From: a virus
DNA length: 64,000 bases
Reading direction: 5' to 3' (one strand)
Virus record (IMG/VR): IMGVR_UViG_3300034152_000478
Span: 1-64,000 of that record
In this document: positions 8,016 through 15,060 of the stretch, one piece after another
Layout: every line of letters begins with the position of its first letter
Numbering within the stretch: the first letter of the stretch is position 1
Position numbers and translations under genes: made by a program
Notes under the pieces: generated by a model
The model's input: the letters and a program-made list of their open reading frames with translations, nothing else
The model's database searches: none
Told to the model about the DNA's origin: nothing

Positions 8016-8519
8016 GTGAAGCTGTCTCAGCGAAGTCAGGCTCTTGTTGCTGTCAAAACAGCAGGTTATTACGCAAGAAATGATGGCTCTGTTGTGTCTC
8101 CGAATGGTCGCGTGCTGTCTTTGTGTAGCACTCCGAAAGGCTATCTGTATTTTACATATCGTCTCAATGGGACAACTGTACAAATTATGGTGCATCGTTT
8201 AATTGCTTTTCAGAAATTTGGATATCAAATGTTTGTTCGTGGTGTTCAAGTCAGACATCTCGACAATTGCAAGACTAATAATCGTGCTACCAATATTGCA
8301 ATCGGCAGTGATTCTGATAATAAATATGATAAGCCAGAACAGGAGCGTCAAAAACATGCAATTAAGGCGGCTATGTCATCCAGGCTGTTCACAAACGAGC
8401 AAGCTGAGGAAATTCGTGCATTGAATGCTGATGGAGTTCCTTATAGTGAGCTTTGTGTGATGTTTGGATGTGCGAAAAGCACCATATCATATATAATCAA
8501 TGGGAAGACGTACAAATAG
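8016..8519 (+). CDS. HNH homing endonuclease with C-terminal HTH (paralog of 2210..2746)
   Basis: VHRLIA...VRHLDNCKTNNRATNIAIG..DN; ends just before a tRNA. Confidence 0.85.
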   Translation: MKLSQRSQALVAVKTAGYYARNDGSVVSPNGRVLSLCSTPKGYLYFTYRLNGTTVQIMVHRLIAFQKFGYQMFVRGVQVRHLDNCKTNNRATNIAIGSDSDNKYDKPEQERQKHAIKAAMSSRLFTNEQAEEIRALNADGVPYSELCVMFGCAKSTISYIINGKTYK

Positions 8520-8523
8520 AAAT

Positions 8524-8600
8524 CCCCACATGGCGCAATTGGCAGACGCGTGCGGTTCAAGCCCGCAATGTTGAAGGTTCAACTCCTTCTGTGGGGACCA
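8524..8600 (+). tRNA. tRNA-Leu(CAA), short variable loop
   Basis: TGCGG-TTCAAGC-CCGCA anticodon arm, Leu-type D arm GCG-CAATTGGCAGA-CGC, ACCA. Confidence 0.88.
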
Positions 8601-8616
8601 TAATAAGGAGTAGGTC

Positions 8617-8850
8617 ATGAGTCATTTTGCTGCAGGCGGACATGCCCCGGCGCTGTTGGGACAGTTATCGGCCAAGAGTTTCAACACCAGGCTTTCCATC
8701 GACTTCGAGGATGAAAGCACTGTACGCTTCAATTGCGCATTTGCTGTTTATGAAGGCCAGGGCAAGTACTTGGTCGTTTACACTGAGCATAATGGCTATC
8801 ATGTATTCATGGCTCGTTGTGTAACTCGCACACATTGCGAGGCGTATTAA
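8617..8850 (+). CDS. hypothetical protein
   Basis: 77 aa ORF, AGGAG RBS. Confidence 0.65.
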   Translation: MSHFAAGGHAPALLGQLSAKSFNTRLSIDFEDESTVRFNCAFAVYEGQGKYLVVYTEHNGYHVFMARCVTRTHCEAY

Positions 8851-9110
8851 TGATCCTCAATGCGACGATCACGAAAGATTCATGTAGCGATTGGTGGCTG
8901 ATTGAAATAATCGCCTTAGATGCTGTTACTCAGGGTGAAGATTTCTATAAGGCTGTAGACATGGGTATCGATCTTATCCGCTGCATAGCTAATGACGACA
9001 AGTTGCCAGTCGGCGTGACGATTCGGAGTCATGTGCATGCTGGCATTAACAAGGGGTTTGTTGAGTTTACTGTAGAGCCCAACAAGGAATTACTTAAGCG
9101 AATGCAATAA
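8850..9110 (+). CDS. HicB-like antitoxin N-terminal domain protein
   Basis: WWLIEIIALDAVTQGEDFYKAVDMGIDLI matches the HicB pattern W-x-x-E-x-x-x-L-x-x-x-TQG-x-x-x-x-A; ATG at 8850 is coupled to the upstream stop. Confidence 0.55.
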   Translation: MILNATITKDSCSDWWLIEIIALDAVTQGEDFYKAVDMGIDLIRCIANDDKLPVGVTIRSHVHAGINKGFVEFTVEPNKELLKRMQ

Positions 9111-9112
9111 GT

Positions 9113-9191
9113 GGGGATGTGGCGCAATTTTGGCAGACGCGCCAGGTTTAGGCCCTGGTTGTTGAGAGTTCGAGTCTCTCCGTCCCCACCA
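9113..9191 (+). tRNA. tRNA-Leu(TAG), short variable loop
   Basis: CCAGG-TTTAGGC-CCTGG anticodon arm, Leu-type D arm, TTCGAGT T-loop, ACCA. Confidence 0.88.
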
Positions 9192-9212
9192 TTTTCTTTA
9201 GGAGCACTGATA

Positions 9213-9536
9213 ATGGCGCGTGCAACTCGTCAGACAACAAAAGTGACAGCCTTCGTCGAGCGACTTGATGCGATGGATACTCGCACCATTATACGCACAA
9301 GGGCGGCCATAGTAGTGGCATGGAGTACCGTTATTCTGCTGCTGGTCCTTGCGCTGAATGCTTTTATTGGTTATTTGACTGACTGGTCATTCTTTGTTCC
9401 ATCTGGCGAAGGGCCTATTGTTGAGTCTAAGATACATGTGGGAATTATACTTGTGTATGTGTACAGCTTTCTATATCTGATCGCTTGGTGTATTGTTTTC
9501 CCTATTCATGTTGGTAAGATGATTACTGGAGTTTAG
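9213..9536 (+). CDS. two-TM membrane protein
   Basis: Start MARATRQ after TAGGAG; two hydrophobic segments. Confidence 0.7.
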   Translation: MARATRQTTKVTAFVERLDAMDTRTIIRTRAAIVVAWSTVILLLVLALNAFIGYLTDWSFFVPSGEGPIVESKIHVGIILVYVYSFLYLIAWCIVFPIHVGKMITGV

Positions 9537-9538
9537 GC

Positions 9539-9766
9539 ATGAAAGCACCGTTTACCAAGGAACAGGTGGCGAATATTACCACGTGGCAGAGATGCGCTTT
9601 TGTGCATCCTTTCACGCGTGGAAGCCCAATGTGTGAGGCTACTTTGGAAGCAACAACTGAAGGGCTTGTGTGTCCAGTCTGTCATTATACACAGGATTGG
9701 GTGCATGATTATATTGCCAATGGGACTGAATGGATGAATGGTATCTCGAAAGTAGATGGAGTATAG
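9539..9766 (+). CDS. hypothetical zinc-ribbon protein
   Basis: HPFT...C...CPVC. Confidence 0.65.
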   Translation: MKAPFTKEQVANITTWQRCAFVHPFTRGSPMCEATLEATTEGLVCPVCHYTQDWVHDYIANGTEWMNGISKVDGV

Positions 9767-9832
9767 CTCAGGGGTTAGAGCAGCACCCTTATAAGGTGAA
9801 GGCCGGTGGTTCAAATCCACCTACTCCAACCA
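9757..9832 (+). tRNA. tRNA-Ile(TAT)
   Basis: TGGAGTA/TACTCCA acceptor, loop CTTATAA, TTCAAAT T-loop, ACCA. Confidence 0.88.
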
Positions 9833-9833
9833 T

Positions 9834-9908
9834 GGGTCCGAAGCTTTAAAAGTGAAGCACGAGGCTTTTAACCTCGGGAACAAGGGGCAGTACCTTGCGG
9901 ACCTACCA
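9834..9908 (+). tRNA. tRNA-Lys(TTT), non-canonical T-loop
   Basis: CGAGG-CTTTTAA-CCTCG anticodon arm; A8; T-loop GGCAGTA; ACCA. Confidence 0.8.
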
Positions 9909-9927
9909 TAGAAAACAGGAGACTGCT

Positions 9928-10224
9928 ATGCACTATAGCGATCTGTCTTTAACATTTAAGGGCGAACTGCTACAGCTTACACGACGTGGCAAAGAGAAGC
10001 AAATTGAAGATGCGATAGAAAGTTTTGATGCTGAAAAAATTAAGGATATTTTGCGTCAGGCTGCTCGCAAACATCAATTTAAACAACATTTTGATTGCAA
10101 ACATCGTGACCCATGTTGTGTAGATGCTTGGAAAGATCAATTTATACGATTTTGTAAGCAGTATAATCTGCGTTATTCTCCAGATGACTCGTATGCTTAT
10201 AGGGTGTGGGTATCGTGGGATTAA
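9928..10224 (+). CDS. hypothetical protein
   Basis: Start MHYSD after AGGAG. Confidence 0.65.
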   Translation: MHYSDLSLTFKGELLQLTRRGKEKQIEDAIESFDAEKIKDILRQAARKHQFKQHFDCKHRDPCCVDAWKDQFIRFCKQYNLRYSPDDSYAYRVWVSWD

Positions 10225-10377
10225 TCAGTATTAAAGTTGACCGAGAAAAACTCAGAGCGCATATCAAACGGATCTGTAAAGGCAACATACGCAAGAAATG
10301 TAAGATATGCCAAGAGGGAAATTGTCCTTTTCTGCACGTGGTTCGTGCCGAAATTGAAACGATGGGAAAGGAGTAGT

Positions 10378-10677
10378 ATGATGTGGTTGAAGAATAGGCT
10401 GTTGTGGCCTTTGAGGCTTGTCAGTCGACTGCTTGACAGTTGGCGTGCTCGGCGCGAGAAGCGCAAGTTTGATGCAATAGTGGCCAAATTCAAAGAGCTT
10501 CCGATTGTTGACCGTATGCGAAAGCCTCTAAATAACGAAGAAACTCTTGCGGTCATGGAGCGTCTTGATCAGCTTGAAGAGGGTATTCTGCATGCGGGTT
10601 ATCCCTCCAATCTCAAGCGAGAAATAAATGAACTGCGTAAAGGGACGCGAAAAGACTTTGACGATCTGAATGCTTAA
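10378..10677 (+). CDS. hypothetical protein
   Basis: Start MMWLKN after AGGAG; similar to the next ORF. Confidence 0.6.
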   Translation: MMWLKNRLLWPLRLVSRLLDSWRARREKRKFDAIVAKFKELPIVDRMRKPLNNEETLAVMERLDQLEEGILHAGYPSNLKREINELRKGTRKDFDDLNA

Positions 10678-10686
10678 CGGTATAAC

Positions 10687-10932
10687 ATGCACAAGCTGTT
10701 TGAGAGATTGAAAAATTGGCTGTTTCGTTTGCTTGAAGAATGGCGCTTCCGTCGAATCGTTAGGAAAATGAAGACTGTGCCGCACATCAGGCGTCTATAC
10801 GAGAATCCTTCGACAATTGATATGCCGGATGGTGTCTTGGAAGCTAATAGGCGACTTCAACGAGAAGATCCAGAGTCATTCAGAAAGCTAAAAAACTGTA
10901 TTGAAGATGAGCCGCCACAGATTGATGTGTGA
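10687..10932 (+). CDS. hypothetical protein
   Basis: 81 aa ORF. Confidence 0.6.
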   Translation: MHKLFERLKNWLFRLLEEWRFRRIVRKMKTVPHIRRLYENPSTIDMPDGVLEANRRLQREDPESFRKLKNCIEDEPPQIDV

Positions 10933-10936
10933 GGGT

Positions 10937-11014
10937 GCGGCCGTAGCTCAAATGGTCAAGAGCGGCAGGTTGTGGCCCTGCAGATCCGGATTCAATTTCC
11001 GGCGGTCGCCCCCA
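10937..11014 (+). tRNA. tRNA-His(GTG)
   Basis: GCAGG-TTGTGGC-CCTGC anticodon arm, C discriminator; no encoded G-1. Confidence 0.85.
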
Positions 11015-11025
11015 CGCACATCTGC

Positions 11026-11098
11026 AGCCGTGTAGCTCAGCCGGTAGAGCGCAGCGCTTTGAACGCTGAGGTCCCAGGTTCGATCCCTGGCGCGGCTG
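11026..11098 (+). tRNA. tRNA-Gln(TTG), CCA not encoded
   Basis: CAGCG-CTTTGAA-CGCTG anticodon arm, TTCGATC T-loop, ends G-CTA. Confidence 0.88.
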
Positions 11099-11120
11099 CT
11101 ATTTTTGAAGGAGAGCCAAC

Positions 11121-12251
11121 ATGAAGTATCTTGTCTACGGAGCTGGCAAAGTTGGTTTGGCTGTTGTTTATGATCTGCTACAGCACTGCAATGCGACTCT
11201 GGTCACAGTGGTAGAGCCAAGTCAAGAAGTTGGAGTGCGTGCTGATTCGCGTCTTTATGAGCTACTTGGCACAAACATAGAAGGTCGCTGCGCATTTGTT
11301 TATGCTGCTCCCGAAAAATATCTTAATACTTATGATGTAGTTATTAGCTGTGCTCCATATGCAGCCAATGAGGAAATAACACGGACGGCTCTCTACAACA
11401 ATGTGCCAATGGTGGATCTTGGTGGCAACCCGGAAATGGTGGCTAAACAAGAAAACCTTGCCAAAGATAGTAAAACACTTATTGTTCCTGAATGTGGTAT
11501 ATCGCCTGGAATCAGCAATCAGCTTGCTACTCAACTCGCTCAAGAAGGTATGACCAATATTCAGGTGCGATGTGGTGGTATAATCGACAGTCTTGGTCAT
11601 ATGCCACTATCAGGCTTTGCTCACAAGATGCTTTTTAGCGTCGATGGTTTGCTGAGTGAGTATTATGGACGAGCACCAGTTATCAGACGTGGCTGTTTCG
11701 AGTTTGTTGATGCGCGTAAGGAGTACGAGTTTTTCTACAAGGATGGTTTGCGACTGCTTGGTTCAATTACCACCAACAACTCTGTCCAAGCTGTGCAATC
11801 TCTGTATGAATGTGGTGTCAAAAATTACGACTATATGACTCTACGGTATCAAGATCATTGGAGCGCATTTGGAGTGCTTGAAAAGAAGTGCGGAGGAGAC
11901 CGAGAAGAGCTTCGTCGCCTTTTGATGGACACAGAGTATGTCTACAGCCGTGACACAGATAGAGATCGCTTGATATTGCGTGTGACTGGTAGCAATGGCA
12001 AATCGTTGCTGCGCAGGCAGGAAATCGAATTAGATATCAAGGCTGATCCACACACCAAGTTTTCCGCCATGGAAATGACCACTGCCTGGGGTGCTACTAT
12101 TGTGGCTAATCACATTGCTCTTTGTCGACGTGACGGTCCAAGCAGCGCCCTGCCTTCAGGCTTCAATACACCGGAGAAAGTGGTCAAATTTGACTCACTT
12201 TGGATGGGTTTGAGGCGCAGAATTGACCGCTTGGAGGCTGGCAGCTATTAA
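11121..12251 (+). CDS. saccharopine dehydrogenase / lysine 6-dehydrogenase-like NAD(P)-dependent oxidoreductase
   Basis: Rossmann LVYGAGKVG, VISCAPY, VDLGG, CGISPGISN, FSVDGLLSEY, TLRY, SAM..TT motifs. Confidence 0.8.
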   Translation: MKYLVYGAGKVGLAVVYDLLQHCNATLVTVVEPSQEVGVRADSRLYELLGTNIEGRCAFVYAAPEKYLNTYDVVISCAPYAANEEITRTALYNNVPMVDLGGNPEMVAKQENLAKDSKTLIVPECGISPGISNQLATQLAQEGMTNIQVRCGGIIDSLGHMPLSGFAHKMLFSVDGLLSEYYGRAPVIRRGCFEFVDARKEYEFFYKDGLRLLGSITTNNSVQAVQSLYECGVKNYDYMTLRYQDHWSAFGVLEKKCGGDREELRRLLMDTEYVYSRDTDRDRLILRVTGSNGKSLLRRQEIELDIKADPHTKFSAMEMTTAWGATIVANHIALCRRDGPSSALPSGFNTPEKVVKFDSLWMGLRRRIDRLEAGSY

Positions 12252-12345
12252 GAAAATCGGGAAAAATCCAAAAAAGTTTGCACAAATCCTGCAAATCGGA
12301 CCGATATATATATAGAGGAACTAACGAGAGAACCCAGGAGGAAGC

Positions 12346-12672
12346 ATGGACGTACAAAGCCTTGGCATGCTTCATCGACGAGTTTATAGGACGCTTCGCA
12401 GAGGTCGTAATAAGGCCAAAAGTGCCGATCAAATTTGTCGTGAGGCGAAGGTCCCTGAGGAGCGAAGAACGCAGAGACCTACGCGGGATGTTATCCGCGA
12501 GCTAATCCGTCAAGGATTTACCATTTTGTCGTGCTCTCGGGGGTTTTATCTACCCAGAGACAAAGCGGACGTTGACGAATACGTTGGTAGTTTGATCAGC
12601 AGGCAGGGAGCTATCCAGGAGCGTGTAGATAGCATTTTGGCTGCAGCAAAGGCAGAGGGACTGACTGATTAG
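12346..12672 (+). CDS. winged-helix-like DNA-binding protein upstream of Ro60
   Basis: AKSADQI...RDVIRELIRQGFTILSCSRGFYL wHTH-like pattern; AGGAGG RBS. Confidence 0.6.
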   Translation: MDVQSLGMLHRRVYRTLRRGRNKAKSADQICREAKVPEERRTQRPTRDVIRELIRQGFTILSCSRGFYLPRDKADVDEYVGSLISRQGAIQERVDSILAAAKAEGLTD

Positions 12673-12681
12673 GAGGTCACA

Positions 12682-14265
12682 ATGAACACGAGACTCTTTA
12701 AGAATCAAAGAGGTGCGTTGGCCCCTAAGGCTGACACTGTGAACGACGCTGGTGGAGTCGCCTACAAGCGTACCGACAAGGAAGCCCTGGCGCAGTACGC
12801 GCTGACTGGCACCTTTGGCAATGCGTTTTACGTTACTGCCGAAGTCCAGCTTGATAGGGCTCTGGATCTGGCTGACAAGGTGGATGACGCTTTCGTCGCC
12901 GGTCTGGCTGTCTATGCTCGCCAGTTTGGCTACATGAAGGACATGCCTGCCTTTTTGCTGGCTGTCCTGTGTGCTCGTCAGAGCAAGTATGTCGAGTTCG
13001 TTTTCGAGCGGGTAATCGATAATGCTCGTATGCTGCGTACTTTCGTTCAGATTCTGCGTAGCGGTCTGACTGGAAGAAAGTCTTTCGGTCGGCGTATTAA
13101 GCGACTAATTCGCAACTGGCTTGCTAATAAGTCTGACGACGCGCTTTTCCGTGCGACCGTTGGTCAGAATCCGTCTATGTCTGATATCATCAAGATGGTT
13201 CACCCTAAGGCTGAGGGTCGTTCACGCAATGCTCTCTATGGGTACCTGCTTGACAAGAAGTACGACGGACGCTCTCTACCTAAGTTGGTAAAGGCGTTTG
13301 AGCGCTTCAAGGATACTCCTGGCACGGTTGAGATCCCTGATCTGCCGTTTCGCATGCTGACTCACCTGCCGCTTAAGACTGAGCAGTGGGTGCAGATTGC
13401 AAAGAATATGCCTTGGACTGCCCTTCGTATGAACCTGAATACACTTGCGCGTCATGGTGTTTTCAACGTGGATGGCATGACTGAGTTGATTGCTGGCAAG
13501 TTGCGCGATCCGCAGCTTATCAGACGTGCCAAGGTGTTCCCTTACCAGCTTTTGGCTGCGTATCTGTTTACGCTTGATACTCGGGAGGTTCCGAACGAGA
13601 TTATCGAAGCACTTCAGGATGCGATGGAAATCGCAATTGAGAATGTGCCAGAAATGGATATTCGCGTTGCTGTGTGTCCGGATGTCTCCGGATCGATGGA
13701 CTGGTGCAGCGTGACTGGTAATCGCGGCTCTGCTTCAAGCAAGATCAAGTGTACTCATGTTGCTGGTCTGATTTCGGCTATCTTCATGCGACGTGCGCGT
13801 GACACCATCTTGCTTCCATTCGAGTTTGGCGTCGTGAACATGCGCCTTAACAAGCGTGATAGTGTAATGACTAACGCTCGCAAGATTGCAGATATTGGCG
13901 GAGGCGGAACTAATGTATCTGCTCCTCTCCAGTTGCTGAACAAGCGTAAGGAGAAGGTGGATGCTGTGATTATCGTCTCTGATAACGAGTCTTGGGTTGA
14001 TACTCATGGCTGGTCTGCTCGGCGCGGTACTCGTACCATGTCTGAGTGGGGCACGCTGCGCCAGCGTTGTCCTGAGGCACGCCTGGTGCTTATGGATCTT
14101 GTTGTTGGCGACAATACCCAGGCGCGAAACAAGGCTCAGGAAGTCTACAACGTTGCTGGGTTCTCTGACACGGCGTTGGGTCTTGTGGCCGACTTTGTCG
14201 TAAATGGACCCAACACTCAGCTCGTGGAGGTAATCGAGCAGCATATCCCTGAGCTTGAAGGCTAA
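12682..14265 (+). CDS. rsr: Ro60/TROVE domain RNA-binding protein (Rsr-like) with C-terminal vWA
   Basis: NDAGGVAY N-terminus, TGTFGNAFY, MPWTALRMNLNTL, PYQLLAAY, vWA MIDAS DVSGSM, GGTN, VSDNESW, VAGFSD. Confidence 0.95.
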   Translation: MNTRLFKNQRGALAPKADTVNDAGGVAYKRTDKEALAQYALTGTFGNAFYVTAEVQLDRALDLADKVDDAFVAGLAVYARQFGYMKDMPAFLLAVLCARQSKYVEFVFERVIDNARMLRTFVQILRSGLTGRKSFGRRIKRLIRNWLANKSDDALFRATVGQNPSMSDIIKMVHPKAEGRSRNALYGYLLDKKYDGRSLPKLVKAFERFKDTPGTVEIPDLPFRMLTHLPLKTEQWVQIAKNMPWTALRMNLNTLARHGVFNVDGMTELIAGKLRDPQLIRRAKVFPYQLLAAYLFTLDTREVPNEIIEALQDAMEIAIENVPEMDIRVAVCPDVSGSMDWCSVTGNRGSASSKIKCTHVAGLISAIFMRRARDTILLPFEFGVVNMRLNKRDSVMTNARKIADIGGGGTNVSAPLQLLNKRKEKVDAVIIVSDNESWVDTHGWSARRGTRTMSEWGTLRQRCPEARLVLMDLVVGDNTQARNKAQEVYNVAGFSDTALGLVADFVVNGPNTQLVEVIEQHIPELEG

Positions 14266-14272
14266 ACAAAAT

Positions 14273-14357
14273 ATACCGAGATGCTGGATTGTGTTTACAT
14301 GCATAAGATTAAGGATTTTATCAGCAAAAAACGACACAACCACCCCTTGCTCGGTGT
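14273..14357 (+). ncRNA. Y-RNA-like unit 1 (AU-rich hairpin cargo)
   Basis: ATACCGAG-ATGC...TTGTGT-TTACAT...ACACAA...CTTG-CTCGGTGT. Confidence 0.75.
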
Positions 14358-14372
14358 TTTAACTTGACGAAC

Positions 14373-14485
14373 GTGCAGGAATGCCGACAAGTGATTACAT
14401 GGATAAAGCATTTTTATGTGAGTTGGTTCAAGCCCGACACGCTGCGGTAGCAGTGAAAAAGTCACTGTCATTTTTTGTCCTGCAT
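14373..14485 (+). ncRNA. Y-RNA-like unit 2 (T-arm plus short hairpin cargo)
   Basis: GTGCAGGA-ATGC...ACAT...GTTGG-TTCAAGC-CCGAC...TTTG-TCCTGCAT. Confidence 0.75.
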
Positions 14486-14522
14486 ACTTTATAGGCTGGG
14501 CATCCTTATCTGCCTGCCAGAA

Positions 14523-14584
14523 GTTGGAATGCGCTTGTGTTTACATGTGACATACAAAAGAAACACGAGCACACCTTGTCCAAC
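14523..14584 (+). ncRNA. Y-RNA-like unit 3 (minimal scaffold)
   Basis: GTTGGA-ATGC-GCTTGTGTTT-ACAT...AAACACGAGC...CTTG-TCCAAC. Confidence 0.75.
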
Positions 14585-14600
14585 CGACTTTGAAAACAAT

Positions 14601-14665
14601 CCGGAATGCTGATTGTGAGTACATGACTTGTAATCATTGACCGCTCTCAATCAATCCTTGTCCGG
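14601..14665 (+). ncRNA. Y-RNA-like unit 4 (Thr-UGU anticodon-stem-loop-like cargo)
   Basis: CCGGA-ATGC-TGATTGTGAGT-AC-ATGA-CTTGTAA-TCAT...GCTCTCAATCA...CTTG-TCCGG. Confidence 0.75.
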
Positions 14666-14683
14666 TACTAATACGATAACGAT

Positions 14684-14752
14684 CCGGGATGCTGGCTGTG
14701 TGTACATGCTATGAAAAAGCTCCTTTATTCCACACTGCTAAAACTTGCCCGG
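14684..14752 (+). ncRNA. Y-RNA-like unit 5 (Phe-GAA anticodon-loop-like cargo)
   Basis: CCGGG-ATGC...ACAT-GCT-ATGAAAA-AGC...CTTG-CCCGG. Confidence 0.72.
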
Positions 14753-14769
14753 CTCTAAAATAACAACTC

Positions 14770-14893
14770 ACTGGGATGCTGTTGTGTATACATTCAGAGG
14801 TAGCTTAACAGGTAGAGCAGCGGCGAAAGCCGAAGACGAAGGTTCGAGTCCTTCCCATTGAGCCAAAAACTACTCAACAATTACTTGCCCAGT
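14770..14893 (+). ncRNA. Y-RNA-like unit 6 containing a complete anticodon-less tRNA cloverleaf (14794-14865)
   Basis: ACTGGG-ATGC...ACAT-[TCAGAGG..D arm..CGGC-GAAA-GCCG..GAAGG-TTCGAGT-CCTTC-CCATTGA-GCCA]...CTTG-CCCAGT. Confidence 0.8.
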
Positions 14894-14904
14894 TCTTTAA
14901 TGAT

Positions 14905-15043
14905 AGGTTTGGAATGCCTGTTGTGATTACATGCTTGTAACGCCGGTAATGTTGGTTCGAATCCAGCCGTCCCCGATTTATGGGGGCGTCGTCTAATGGC
15001 AGGACACCGTTAAAATAGTCACAGCGATCCCTCGTCCGAGCCT
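14905..15043 (+). ncRNA. Y-RNA-like unit 7, YrlA-like circularly permuted tRNA domain
   Basis: AGGTTTGGA-ATGC...ACAT; T-arm GTTGG-TTCGAAT-CCAGC; looped acceptor CGTCCCC/GGGGGCG; D-arm GTCT..GGAC; CTCG-TCCGAGCCT. Confidence 0.82.
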
Positions 15044-15060
15044 TCACCAAAGAATAACAT

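Noticed and set aside
9111-9212. N-terminal extensions of ORFs 9111, 5953 and 9895
   Set aside because: They run through tRNA genes; downstream ATGs with proper RBS are better starts.
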